Part shown: piece by piece, positions 10,614-20,149 of the stretch
How the letters are laid out: each line of letters opens with the position of its first letter
Numbering within the stretch: the stretch's first letter is position 1
DNA from: an uncultured delta proteobacterium
GTDB taxonomy: Bacteria > Myxococcota_A > Polyangia > Polyangiales > Houyiibacteriaceae
Direction of reading: 5' to 3'
Assembly (NCBI GenBank): GCA_963699755.1
Contig: CAVOVB010000002.1
Span: 736,001-800,000, forward strand
DNA length: 64,000 nt
The notes under the pieces: generated by a model
What the model saw: only the letters and a program-made list of their open reading frames with translations
Database searches by the model: none
Told to the model about the DNA's origin: nothing
Made by a program: the position numbers and the translations under genes

Positions 10614-10967
10614 GTGACTTTGGGACCTCTGCTCATAGGCATCTACGTGTTCGTGCTCGCTAGCTTCGTCGGCTTCGAGATGATCACCAAGGTGCCGCCG
10701 ACTCTGCATACCCCGCTGATGAGCGGCGCAAACGCCATCAGTGGCATCACCGTGGTCGGCGCCATCGCGGCAGCAACGACCGGCGCACCGACCGTCGCGA
10801 ATATTCTCGGCGCCGTTGCCATCGCTACGGCGACCATCAACGTCGTCGGCGGTTTCCTCGTGACCGACCGCATGCTTCGCATGTTTGGAAAGAAGAAGAA
10901 GCCAAGGGCACTCGCGCCAGGTGCCGAACGCGTCGAAGCCGACGGCCGAGAGGCGGTCCGCAAATGA
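10614..10967 (+). CDS. pntAB: NAD(P) transhydrogenase alpha subunit part 2
   Basis: VPPTLHTPLMSGANAISG, INVVGGFLVTDRML. Confidence 0.95.
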   Translation: MTLGPLLIGIYVFVLASFVGFEMITKVPPTLHTPLMSGANAISGITVVGAIAAATTGAPTVANILGAVAIATATINVVGGFLVTDRMLRMFGKKKKPRALAPGAERVEADGREAVRK

Positions 10968-12394
10968 GTCACGAGATCATGCGTTCGACTGTGGTACCGA
11001 TCATCTATCTGCTCTCGACGATGCTGTTCATTTTCGGCATCAAGCAGCTCGCAAGAGTCAAGACTGCGCGCCGGGGCAATGCGCTCGCGGCCGTCGGCAT
11101 GCTCTTGGCAATCATCGGATCGCTACTCGAGCTCGGCCTAGTCGACTACCGCTGGATCGCCAGCGGCATGCTGATCGGCACCATCATCGGCGCCGCCTTC
11201 GCGATCCGGGTCCAAATGACTGCGATGCCCGAGATGGTCGCCTTGTTCAACGGTTTCGGCGGTATCGCTTCCGCCTTGGTAGCTGTCTCGGTCTACTGGG
11301 ACCTCGTCGTTCAGCGAGCACCCACGGGGAGAGTCTACGGAGCGCTCGGCAGCTATGAGTCGATCACGGTCATGCTCTCGATTCTGATCGGCGGCATCAC
11401 CTTCACGGGGAGCCTCGTCGCACTATTCAAGCTGCAAGGTAAGCTGAAGAAGGGCCAACCGATTCTGCTTCCCGCCAGGCACTACATCACCTTTGGGCTG
11501 CTCTTTGCGTCCTTCGTCTTCGGCGGCATCGCCGTGGCAGCGGGAGCCGCGGAGTCGATCGTCTGGGTCCTCGCTCTTGCTGCAGTATCGCTGATTCTCG
11601 GTATTCTCCTGACGATCCCGATCGGGGGTGCGGACATGCCGGTCGTCGTTTCGCTCCTCAACTCATACTCGGGCGTCGCGGCTTCGATGGCCGGTTTCGT
11701 CATCGGAAATCCGCTCTTGATCATCGCTGGTGCGATGGTGGGCGCGGCGGGCCTGATCCTCACGCAGATCATGTGCGTGGCGATGAACCGCTCGCTCCTC
11801 AACGTCTTGGTCGGCGGCTTCGGCGTCACCGACGGGGGAGGTGGCGGAAGCGAGGAGTACAAGAACGTGACTTCCTGCGGTCCCGAAGAGGCCGCGATGG
11901 TCCTCGAGAACGCAGAGTCGGTCATCATCATTCCAGGTTATGGATTGGCCGTTGCGCAGGCGCAGCACGCCGTCCGTGAGCTCGCAGACATGCTGAAGGC
12001 CCGCGGCACCAAGGTCACGTATGCCATCCACCCGGTCGCGGGCCGCATGCCCGGCCACATGAACGTGCTGCTGGCCGAGGCCGACGTCCCCTACGAAGAG
12101 CTCGTCGAGATGGACGTGATCAACCCCGAGTTCAAGAACACGGACGTGGTAATCGTCCTCGGCGCCAATGACGTCGTGAACCCGGCGGCCACCAACGACC
12201 CGAGCAGCCCGATCGCGGGGATGCCCATTCTCAACGCTCACGAGGCCCGCTCAGTCTTCGTCGTCAAACGAAGCCTCAGTGCAGGCTACGCCGGCATCAA
12301 GAACGACCTGTTCGAGTATGACAACACCATGATGATCTTCGGCGACGCCAAGAAGGTCCTGCAAGGCCTCATTGCCGAGGTGAAGGCTCTTTAG
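10964..12394 (+). CDS. pntB: NAD(P) transhydrogenase beta subunit
   Basis: IGGADMPVV, PGYGLAVAQAQH, HPVAGRMPGHMNVLLAEA, GANDVVNPAA. Confidence 0.98.
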   Translation: MSHEIMRSTVVPIIYLLSTMLFIFGIKQLARVKTARRGNALAAVGMLLAIIGSLLELGLVDYRWIASGMLIGTIIGAAFAIRVQMTAMPEMVALFNGFGGIASALVAVSVYWDLVVQRAPTGRVYGALGSYESITVMLSILIGGITFTGSLVALFKLQGKLKKGQPILLPARHYITFGLLFASFVFGGIAVAAGAAESIVWVLALAAVSLILGILLTIPIGGADMPVVVSLLNSYSGVAASMAGFVIGNPLLIIAGAMVGAAGLILTQIMCVAMNRSLLNVLVGGFGVTDGGGGGSEEYKNVTSCGPEEAAMVLENAESVIIIPGYGLAVAQAQHAVRELADMLKARGTKVTYAIHPVAGRMPGHMNVLLAEADVPYEELVEMDVINPEFKNTDVVIVLGANDVVNPAATNDPSSPIAGMPILNAHEARSVFVVKRSLSAGYAGIKNDLFEYDNTMMIFGDAKKVLQGLIAEVKAL

Positions 12395-12448
12395 CGCGTG
12401 CTGGCTTGCGGGCGCAGGGATCGCTGGGCGGTGTAACGAAACCTCTGC

Positions 12449-13831
12449 CTAGTTGTCGCGGAAGTCGGACGCGCCAGGCGAGGCGCCGCCACCGTAGTAG
12501 TCGGACTCCGCGAGGTCATCGAACCTGGTGTACTCGTTGAAGAACCGAACTCGGCAGGTGCCGGTGGGGCCGGCGCGCTGCTTGCCGATGATGATCTCCG
12601 CAATGCCGCGGTCATCGCTCTCGCGATTGTAGACCTCATCGCGATAGATGAACCAGATGGTGTCGGCGTCCTGCTCGATAGCACCGGATTCGCGAAGGTC
12701 GGAAAGCTGCGGCCGCTTGTCTTTGACTCCCCGTGACTCGACACCTCTGTTGAGCTGCGAGAGCGCGATCACTGGGATCTCGAGCTCCTTGGCGAGCGCC
12801 TTCAGGCTTCGGCTGATTTCGCTGATCTCCTGCTCGCGTGAGTCGTTGCGCGAGCCCGAGCGCATCAGTTGAAGGTAGTCGACCACGATCATGCTGAGGC
12901 CAACCTCGGATTTGAGACGGCGGGCTTTGGCCCGAAGCTCGAGAAGCGTAATCGCAGGGGTGTCGTCAATCCAGATCGGCATTTCGCTCAGGGTGCCGGC
13001 GGCATCGGCCAGCTTCGGCCAGTCGTCCTTGTAGAGCTGTCCGGTTCGAATGCGGTTGCCGTCGACACGGGCCTCACTTCCAAGAAGGCGTCGAACGAGT
13101 TGCCCTTTGGGCATTTCCAGCGAAAACACGGCAACCGGAACCTTGCTCTGTTTGCAGGCGTTGTGCGCGACGTTGAGCGCGAAAGACGTCTTGCCCATGC
13201 CTGGACGCCCAGCGACGATGATAAGGTCGCCTGGATGCATGCCGGCGGTCATTTCATCGAGCTTCTTGTAGCCTGTCGGTAGGCCCGTGATCGCTTCGCC
13301 ACGATTGGCCGCTTCGTGGATCTCCTGAAACGTCCGCATCACGACGTCCTTCACGTGCTCGTAAGGATTTCGTGCACGCTCCTTGGCGACCGCGAAAATC
13401 GACGATTCGGAGTCGTCGAGGAATTCCTCGATTGGCCCGTACTCGCCATAGCCACGAGAAACGACCTCGTGACAGGCGCGGATGAGCGAGCGGACGACCG
13501 ACTTCTCGCGAACGATCCGCGCGTGCGACTGAATGTTCGAGACGCTCGGGATGGTGTTGCTGAGCGAGAGAAGATACTCGTCGCCGCCGACGGAAGCGAG
13601 CTTGCCGCTATGAACCAACGATTCGCGAAGCGTTACGTGATCGACGGGCTGGCTCCTGCGGAACAGCTCGCTCATCGCTTCGAAGATCTTGCCGTTGGCC
13701 TCGCTATAGAAGTCGTCGGCGGAGAGCACCTCGACCACGAGGTTCATCGCGTCGTTCTCAAGAAGGATGCCGCCGAGCACCGCTCGTTCGGCCTCGAGGG
13801 CATTGGGTGGGACCTGCCCCGCTCGTTCCAC
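12449..13831 (-). CDS. dnaB: replicative DNA helicase
   Basis: GRPGMGKT Walker A, DYLQL, LSQLNR, SDLRESGAIEQDAD; no intein. Confidence 0.97.
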   Translation of the reverse strand: MERAGQVPPNALEAERAVLGGILLENDAMNLVVEVLSADDFYSEANGKIFEAMSELFRRSQPVDHVTLRESLVHSGKLASVGGDEYLLSLSNTIPSVSNIQSHARIVREKSVVRSLIRACHEVVSRGYGEYGPIEEFLDDSESSIFAVAKERARNPYEHVKDVVMRTFQEIHEAANRGEAITGLPTGYKKLDEMTAGMHPGDLIIVAGRPGMGKTSFALNVAHNACKQSKVPVAVFSLEMPKGQLVRRLLGSEARVDGNRIRTGQLYKDDWPKLADAAGTLSEMPIWIDDTPAITLLELRAKARRLKSEVGLSMIVVDYLQLMRSGSRNDSREQEISEISRSLKALAKELEIPVIALSQLNRGVESRGVKDKRPQLSDLRESGAIEQDADTIWFIYRDEVYNRESDDRGIAEIIIGKQRAGPTGTCRVRFFNEYTRFDDLAESDYYGGGASPGASDFRDN

Positions 13832-13909
13832 TCCAGTGATGACCTGCTCCCTTCCGAGCTCCGGTTCTAGCGCCTATAGCGGCGTTGTGGAAGCGCAACC
13901 ACCCGCGCG

Positions 13910-14371
13910 CTACGCGCGGGTCTTGACTTCGAGCTTCACGGTCGCCGTCAAGCCGTACAACAGCTTCACCCCAAGCTCGTAGCTGCCAACCTCTTTGATG
14001 ATCAGCTCGGGCATCACGAGCTTTTTCTTGTCGACCTCCACACCTTTCGCCTTGAGGCCTTCGATCACATCGTTCGAGGTGACCGAACCGAAGAGCTTGC
14101 CGTCTTCGCCAGCTTCCTTGGCGACCATGACGGTGACCTTCGCCAGCTCGGCTGCGATCTCCTCCTGCTCCGAGCGAAGCTTGGCGATGCGCTGAGCCTG
14201 AATTGCCTTCTCGTGCTCGATCTGCCGGATATTTCCCCGGCTTGCGACGACGGCGAGGCCCCGAGGCAACAAGAAATTCCGAGCGTAGCCGCGGCGCACA
14301 CGCACCACGTCGCCAATCGAGCCGAGGTGCTCGAGGTTTTCTTTCAGTACGATTTGGACAGTAGACGCCAT
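13910..14371 (-). CDS. rplI: 50S ribosomal protein L9
   Basis: GYARNFLLPRGLA, GKLFGSVT. Confidence 0.96.
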   Translation of the reverse strand: MASTVQIVLKENLEHLGSIGDVVRVRRGYARNFLLPRGLAVVASRGNIRQIEHEKAIQAQRIAKLRSEQEEIAAELAKVTVMVAKEAGEDGKLFGSVTSNDVIEGLKAKGVEVDKKKLVMPELIIKEVGSYELGVKLLYGLTATVKLEVKTRA

Positions 14372-14378
14372 GGCTGCC

Positions 14379-14645
14379 TCACTTCGTCGCCGTGTAGGGG
14401 AGGAGCGCAATATTACGGGCGCGCTTGATCGCACGGGTCAGGTCGCGCTGCTGCTTCGCGTTCAAGCCGCTGATGCGCCGGGGCGTGATTTTTCCGCGAT
14501 CGGTGATGAAATTCCGAAGCTGCTGCGGGTCTTTGTAGTCGAACTTGAAGTCGGGAGGGAGCGAATGACCCGGCGCCTTCTTGCGCCCGCCGCGGCCGCG
14601 TCCACCTGCTTCAACGTCGAAATCTTGTCGGATTTCTTCAGACAT
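14379..14645 (-). CDS. rpsR: 30S ribosomal protein S18
   Basis: [34 protein letters not shown]. Confidence 0.96.
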   Translation of the reverse strand: MSEEIRQDFDVEAGGRGRGGRKKAPGHSLPPDFKFDYKDPQQLRNFITDRGKITPRRISGLNAKQQRDLTRAIKRARNIALLPYTATK

Positions 14646-14648
14646 GGC

Positions 14649-15275
14649 TTAGCCCTCCTCGCGATCGGTGTCAGCGGAATCCGTCTCAGCGCTTGGTTCC
14701 GCAGCCGCTTCTTCGGCCGCAGCCTCTTCGGTGGCTTCCGCTGCGCCTTCTTTGTCAGGGGTTGCCTCGGCTCCTCCCCGATCTTCTTGCCGATCGACAG
14801 GAGGTTCCGAGGCCGTCCCACGTGGCGCGCGTGGCGCCATCCCGAGACTACGGGCGCGCTCGAGCTCGGCATCCTCCTCGGTCACTTCCTCGTCCTCGAG
14901 GTGCAGGTACTTCACCTCTTCGGGGTCGACCGCGACCGAAGCAGGGTCGATGTCCTCGGCGAGAAGGACCGTCTGGAATCGCACCACCTCGTCGAGCAAG
15001 CGCAAATTGCGCTCGAGCTCCGGAACGAGGTCATTGAAGCCCACGTACTTCAGGTACACGAAGATCCCGCGGTTGTTCTTCTGGATGGGATACGCGAGCT
15101 TGCGCTTGCCCCAGTTGTCGAGCTTGGTGAGCGTCCCGTCGAGACGCGCGATGACGTCCTTGGCGCGGTCGACAATCTTCTCGGCCCTGTCGTTGTCAAC
15201 ATCGGGGCGAAGGATGTAAATCGTCTCGTATTCACGCGCCCATCGCTTGGCGGGCGCTACCACGGTAGTTGCCAT
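14649..15275 (-). CDS. rpsF: 30S ribosomal protein S6 with a long acidic C-terminal extension
   Basis: REYETIYILRP, WGKRKLAYPI. Confidence 0.96.
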   Translation of the reverse strand: MATTVVAPAKRWAREYETIYILRPDVDNDRAEKIVDRAKDVIARLDGTLTKLDNWGKRKLAYPIQKNNRGIFVYLKYVGFNDLVPELERNLRLLDEVVRFQTVLLAEDIDPASVAVDPEEVKYLHLEDEEVTEEDAELERARSLGMAPRAPRGTASEPPVDRQEDRGGAEATPDKEGAAEATEEAAAEEAAAEPSAETDSADTDREEG

Positions 15276-15326
15276 ATCTCCTCCTGGTCTGGTCGGCCCC
15301 AGCTCATGGCTGGAGCGAGGAAGGGC
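15276..15326 (-). promoter_or_regulatory. putative S6:S18 autoregulatory mRNA leader
   Basis: Minus strand CCUUCCU (anti-SD), hairpin GCUCCAGC/GCUGGGGC, CCG, then AGGAGG SD of rpsF; resembles the known S6:S18 leader. Confidence 0.55.
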
Positions 15327-15360
15327 GATGCATAGCCGATCTTGGCTCCTGTGCCAGCCG

Positions 15361-15930
15361 TCAGGATCGGCTGTGGTGACGATTCATCGCCTGCGTAGGC
15401 CCTTCTCGAAGCGCGGTCTCGACCATGTCGGCCGCGAGCTCCAGGACCATCCCGAGCTCTACCCGCTCCAAGCTGCTGAAATCACTTAGAACATAACTTT
15501 CCGGGCGTCCCCGGTTGGGCCGGCCGATCCCAACCCGGCACCGGACAAAGCCGGGCCCCCCGCAGTGCTCGACCATCGAGCGGAGCCCATTGTGGCCAGC
15601 CGTGCCGCCGCCAACCTTCACGCGGACCACCCCGAACTCGAGGTCGAGCTCGTCATGGACGCATAGGAGCCGCTCGACCGGCACCTTGAAGAAGCGCATG
15701 GCGCCCTGAACGGACTCGCCGCTCAGGTTCATGTAGGTCATCGGCTTGAGGAGCACCACATCCCGGTCACCGAGCGCAACCTTGGTGAACTCGCCGTTGA
15801 ACTTGTCGCGAAAGCCCGGCGCAGCCCAGCGGCGCGCCAACTCGTCGACCACCATGAAGCCAACATTGTGACGATTGCCGACGTATTTCGGCCCTGGGTT
15901 TCCGAGACCGGCGACGAGATGCGTGCTCAC
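15361..15930 (-). CDS. pth: peptidyl-tRNA hydrolase
   Basis: GLGNPG, RHNVGF, KPMTYMNLSG, HDELD, GHNGL. Confidence 0.97.
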   Translation of the reverse strand: MSTHLVAGLGNPGPKYVGNRHNVGFMVVDELARRWAAPGFRDKFNGEFTKVALGDRDVVLLKPMTYMNLSGESVQGAMRFFKVPVERLLCVHDELDLEFGVVRVKVGGGTAGHNGLRSMVEHCGGPGFVRCRVGIGRPNRGRPESYVLSDFSSLERVELGMVLELAADMVETALREGPTQAMNRHHSRS

Positions 15931-15944
15931 GGAGCGCCAGCTGC

Positions 15945-16592
15945 TTAGCTGCCGGCCTTTTCGGTGCCAGCTGCAGGCTTAGCGGCTTCACTTGCCGCGG
16001 CGGCGGCCGCGTCTTCTGCTGCCTCGGCAGCGGTGGCCTTGCGCGGCTCCAGAACGATCACGAGCGTCAGTTTGGGCTGGAGCGTACACTCCACGCCCTC
16101 AGGCAGTTGGATGTCCTCGACCGAAATCGTGTCTTTCAGCGCCAGGTGGGTCACATCCACATCGATCGACACCGGGATCTTCGCTGGGATCGTGCGCAGC
16201 GGCAAAACGCGTCGCGTGACATGGAGCACACCGCCCTGGACGACGCCCACGGACCGACCGTGAGTGTGGAAAGGCACGTTCACCTCGAGTACCTTGTCCT
16301 CGAGAATTCGATACAAATCGATGTGGAGGAGCTCCTGCGTCACCGGATCGGTCGTCAGGTCTTTGACCATGGCCAGCTCGTCCTTGCCGCCCAGCGACAG
16401 CTTGAACACCACGTTCCGCCCGCGCTCGCCGCGGAGCGCATGGGTTAGTTCTCTGGGGGACAGGGTCAGCGGCGTGGGCTCGACGCCCGGGCCGTAAAAT
16501 ACGCCCGGGACCTTTCCTTCTGCACGCAGCCGACGCGCTGGCCCCTTTCCGCGCCCAGCGCGGACCTCAGCCTGCAACGTCGTCGTTTCCAT
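15945..16592 (-). CDS. rplY: 50S ribosomal protein L25/Ctc
   Basis: GKGPARRLRAEGKVPGVFYG, HIDL; lies between prs and pth. Confidence 0.95.
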   Translation of the reverse strand: METTTLQAEVRAGRGKGPARRLRAEGKVPGVFYGPGVEPTPLTLSPRELTHALRGERGRNVVFKLSLGGKDELAMVKDLTTDPVTQELLHIDLYRILEDKVLEVNVPFHTHGRSVGVVQGGVLHVTRRVLPLRTIPAKIPVSIDVDVTHLALKDTISVEDIQLPEGVECTLQPKLTLVIVLEPRKATAAEAAEDAAAAAASEAAKPAAGTEKAGS

Positions 16593-16607
16593 TCTCGAAT
16601 GCTCCAA

Positions 16608-17549
16608 TCATACAAACAGCGAGCTCACCGAGTCGCTGTGGTGAATCCGTTTGATGGCCTCTCCTAGCAAACCTGCCACGGAAAGCACGCGGAAGCGGCC
16701 CGTCGCGATCGCCTCCTCCCGTAGGGGGATCGTGTCGGTTACCAGGACCTCTTCGAGGGGGGAATCGACGATGCGCTCGAGGGCCGGACCGGACAAGACC
16801 GGGTGCGTGGCGGCTGCGATGACCCGCTTGGCGCCCTGCTCCTGGAGGGCGCGGGCCGCGTTCGTCATCGTCCCAGCAGTGTCGATCATGTCGTCCAAAA
16901 TCATGCATTCGCGCCCGTTCACGTCGCCGATGATGTTCATGACTTCGCTGACGTTCTCGAGCTCACGGCGCTTGTCGATGATGGCCAGATCAGCCCCCAA
17001 ACGCTTTGCATAGGCGCGCGTGCGCTCGACCCCACCGGCATCGGGCGACACGAACACCGGCGGCGTGCGGAAGCGGGGCCTCAGGTGCTGCAGGAAGACC
17101 GGCATGGCATAGAGATGGTCGAATGGCTTGTTGAAGAAGCCCTGAATCTGGCCGGCGTGCAGATCCATCGAGACCACGCGATCGACGCCGGACGTCGTGA
17201 GGAGATCCGCGACGAGCTTCGCGGTGATCGGCGTCCTCGGAGCAGCCTTCCTGTCCTGCCTCGCGTATCCGTAATAGGGGATGACCGCGGTGATGGAGCC
17301 GGCGGACGCACGCCTCAGCGCGTCGGTCATCACCAGGAGCTCCATCAGGTTGTCGTTGACCGGGGCGCAGGTCGACTGGATCACGTAAACATCCACGCCG
17401 CGGACGTTTTCTTTGATCTTCGCGAACACCTCGCCATCTGAAAAACGTGAGACTCGGGCGCGTCCGACGGGCAATTCGAGATAGTTGGCGATCTTTTCCG
17501 CGAGGGCCGGATTTGAGTTTCCCGTGAATACACAGGTCGACTTGAACAT
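16608..17549 (-). CDS. prs: ribose-phosphate pyrophosphokinase
   Basis: [43 protein letters not shown]. Confidence 0.98.
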   Translation of the reverse strand: MFKSTCVFTGNSNPALAEKIANYLELPVGRARVSRFSDGEVFAKIKENVRGVDVYVIQSTCAPVNDNLMELLVMTDALRRASAGSITAVIPYYGYARQDRKAAPRTPITAKLVADLLTTSGVDRVVSMDLHAGQIQGFFNKPFDHLYAMPVFLQHLRPRFRTPPVFVSPDAGGVERTRAYAKRLGADLAIIDKRRELENVSEVMNIIGDVNGRECMILDDMIDTAGTMTNAARALQEQGAKRVIAAATHPVLSGPALERIVDSPLEEVLVTDTIPLREEAIATGRFRVLSVAGLLGEAIKRIHHSDSVSSLFV

Positions 17550-17603
17550 CGGTCGGTTCCCTTAGACTGAACGAGGAGCTGCCACCCGGTCCGAACGCGT
17601 CGG

Positions 17604-17632
17604 GGGGTAGCAAAGCGACTGTCCAGTGTCAA
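17604..17632 (-). promoter_or_regulatory. sigma70-type promoter of the prs operon
   Basis: Minus strand TTGACA-17nt-TACCCC. Confidence 0.6.
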
Positions 17633-17747
17633 CCATGGGCTCCGCCCCAAGCGCCTGACAAGAAGCGTGCCGTACTTTCCGTTGATACACGGTTGAGGTT
17701 CCTGAGCTGGGAGTGTAAACCTCATCGCTCCTGTCCTCGGAGGAACG

Positions 17748-18572
17748 ATGACGTCGAGCGTGACATTGTTGACGGAGCGCGAAGAAATGGCGCAGCAGTG
17801 GCGAGACGCGCTGCGCAAGCACGACGTCGTGCCAAAGATTGTGGCGCCGAGCGATCTGGCGAACGCAGTCGACGGTCAAGTTGCAGTCATCGTCGATGTC
17901 GACGGCGCACGACTCGATTCCGACGGGCTCTTGTCGACCCTGGGCTTTGTGCGCGCGTCCGGTGTCTTGCCCATCGCTCACCTCGAGCGCGGTCGCGACA
18001 CAGTGGAAGACCTCATCACAGAGCTCTGCGACGGGCTCGTCACGAGCGCGGCGTCAGAGGTCGAACGCGTTGCCGCGGCCATTGCACGGCGAGCAGATCG
18101 GGGACGGCGCCTCCGCTTGGAGTTCGTCACGGTCTCCCCTTGCAGCGATGAGGTCTTGGCCGTGCTCGGCAACGGCGATGCTGAGCTTCACCGTCGGCCG
18201 ATCGACGCGTCCGATGACGGCTCCGAGATCATCAGCATCACAATTGATCCGAGTGCGACCAAAGCTACGCTTCAGCTGGAAAGCGGAGCGCTGTGCCAGT
18301 TGACGGTTGCGTCGATGCACATGGCCCCCGAGATGACGAGTGGACGAGGCGACATCGCATTCGATGGAGAGCGACTCGGCGCACGTCTTCGCGAGCTTCG
18401 TCTCGCAGCGGGCCTCACGCAGGCGGAGCTGGCGCGTCGCACGGGCATCCATCGTCCGAACATAGCGCGGGTCGAAGCAGGTCGGCACACGCCCTCGCTC
18501 GAAACGCTGGCGCGCATTGCCAACGCGATCGGCGTGTCGACCACGCATGTGTTGGTACCGCGCAAATCATGA
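17748..18572 (+). CDS. XRE-family HTH regulator with an N-terminal receiver-like region
   Basis: C-terminal LRELRLAAGLTQAELARRTGIHRPNIARVEAG cro/C1 HTH; SD GGAGG. Confidence 0.85.
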   Translation: MTSSVTLLTEREEMAQQWRDALRKHDVVPKIVAPSDLANAVDGQVAVIVDVDGARLDSDGLLSTLGFVRASGVLPIAHLERGRDTVEDLITELCDGLVTSAASEVERVAAAIARRADRGRRLRLEFVTVSPCSDEVLAVLGNGDAELHRRPIDASDDGSEIISITIDPSATKATLQLESGALCQLTVASMHMAPEMTSGRGDIAFDGERLGARLRELRLAAGLTQAELARRTGIHRPNIARVEAGRHTPSLETLARIANAIGVSTTHVLVPRKS

Positions 18573-19402
18573 CGGGCGGAACGGCCGAAAAACCGATCGA
18601 AGACGCATCGACCGTCATCGTCTTGCGCCAAAGCGACGCGGGGATCGAGACCTTCTTGCTGTGCCGACACCAGCAGAGTGGCTTCATGGGGGGAGCCCAT
18701 GTGTTTCCCGGTGGCAAGGTCGACGCAAGCGACAGAGAGTCCGGCTGGCTCGGACGAATCGACCGGTCCGGAGAAGCGCTCAGCGAAGGACTTGGCGAGG
18801 CAGACGCCAGCTCGGCACTTGGTCTGCTCGTCGCCGCGGTGCGTGAGACCTTCGAAGAAGCAGGCGTCCTCTTGGCGAGCACCGTGCACGGCGCCAACTT
18901 GGCGGAAGCTCGAGAGCAGCTTCACGCTGGCGCTTCGTTCTTCGAGCTCGCGAACCAGATCGACATGAAGATCGAGTCGACCGCGCTCACCCCCTATGCA
19001 CGTTGGATCACGCCGAAGCTCGAGAGCCGTCGCTTCGATACGCGCTTCTACGTCGCCGTGCTCCCCGAAGGACAACGCGCGTCGCACGACGGGACGGAAA
19101 CCACGTCCGCCGCGTGGCTGCGGCCTGCCAACGCAATCGACAACATGTTGGCCGGACGAATCAAGTTGGCGCCGCCGACCGTTCGAACCTTGCAGTGGCT
19201 CGCGGATTTCGACGAGGCAGAGGCAGTGATCGCCGATGCACTCTCGCGGAAGCCCCCCTTGGTACGACCTCGCATCGTAACCGGTGACGCGGGATGGTTT
19301 CTGGCGCTTCCAGGCGACCCGGAGCATCCTGAAAACCAGGCCGTGCTACCGGGCGCGACGCGGATGATCTTCGACGGCGGCGCCTGGCGAGATGCACGCT
19401 AG
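18569..19402 (+). CDS. NUDIX hydrolase (NUDT19-like, split Nudix box)
   Basis: VFPGGKVD...AAVRETFEEAG, WITP..RRFDTRFY; ATGA overlap with the upstream gene. Confidence 0.88.
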   Translation: MTGGTAEKPIEDASTVIVLRQSDAGIETFLLCRHQQSGFMGGAHVFPGGKVDASDRESGWLGRIDRSGEALSEGLGEADASSALGLLVAAVRETFEEAGVLLASTVHGANLAEAREQLHAGASFFELANQIDMKIESTALTPYARWITPKLESRRFDTRFYVAVLPEGQRASHDGTETTSAAWLRPANAIDNMLAGRIKLAPPTVRTLQWLADFDEAEAVIADALSRKPPLVRPRIVTGDAGWFLALPGDPEHPENQAVLPGATRMIFDGGAWRDAR

Positions 19403-19483
19403 CCTGTTCGCTAGGCTACAGTTTTTCCAGTTTTTTCCGGTTATCCCTTGTGTCGCGCGGCGTCGAGCCCTTACCCAAGAGGG

Positions 19484-20059
19484 ATGGTGCCTCGAGCCCG
19501 AAAGCACAAGGACCTGTTCACGGCATCGCAAATCGCGCGTTTCTGCCAGGTCGATCTGAAGACGATCCACAACTGGGCCGATCGAGGTCAGATCGCCCAT
19601 TTCCGAACGCCGGGTCGACACCTTCGGTTCCGGCGCCCGCACATCCTCGACTTCCTGCGCAAGTATGGCTATCCGATTCCGGATGAGCTCGAGGCCGGGC
19701 GGCCGCGAGTCGCCGTGCTCATCAATCGGAAGCGCACCAAAGAGGAAGTGGTCGCGGCACTGAGCGCTGCGTTCGACGTGGTCGACTACCCCGACCCACT
19801 CGATGGTCTCCTTCGAATCGGCGAGCAGCCACCCGACGCGATCGTGCTGGCCGCCAGGATTGGTCATCTGAGCGGCACCAAAATCATCGAGGCACTCAAA
19901 CGGAGCAGCCACACGCAGCACATACGCGCCATCCTGTTCGCTAGTGACCAAGCGGAAAGGCAAGCAGCGCTCGAGGCGGGCGCCTCGGCTCATGTGGGCG
20001 AATCGGACCTGCTCGGGTTGAGGGACACGCTCGCGGCCCTCATGGGAGTCCGGCACTGA
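19484..20059 (+). CDS. excisionase/MerR-like HTH fused to an atypical receiver domain
   Basis: FTASQIARFCQVDLKTIHNWADRG..FRTPGRHLRF HTH, then a receiver fold (PDAIVL...ALEAGA). Confidence 0.82.
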   Translation: MVPRARKHKDLFTASQIARFCQVDLKTIHNWADRGQIAHFRTPGRHLRFRRPHILDFLRKYGYPIPDELEAGRPRVAVLINRKRTKEEVVAALSAAFDVVDYPDPLDGLLRIGEQPPDAIVLAARIGHLSGTKIIEALKRSSHTQHIRAILFASDQAERQAALEAGASAHVGESDLLGLRDTLAALMGVRH

Positions 20060-20114
20060 CGCCCAGCCACCGAGGACTGTCCGCGTAACGGGACACGGGG
20101 GCTGCGGTGAACAG

Positions 20115-20143
20115 TTGCGAACGGGGGGAACCTGGCGTACCCC
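20115..20143 (+). promoter_or_regulatory. sigma70-type hisIE promoter, probably leaderless
   Basis: TTGCGA-17nt-TACCCC-6nt-ATG(20150); no SD. Confidence 0.55.
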
Positions 20144-20149
20144 GCGCAA

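Noticed and set aside
17550..17747. tRNA-Gln often found upstream of prs
   Set aside because: No cloverleaf or T-loop GTTCGA visible; the region holds divergent promoters.
17748..20059. XRE plus excisionase-like HTH genes as a prophage or ICE remnant
   Set aside because: No integrase, att repeats or phage genes; flanked by core genes with similar composition.
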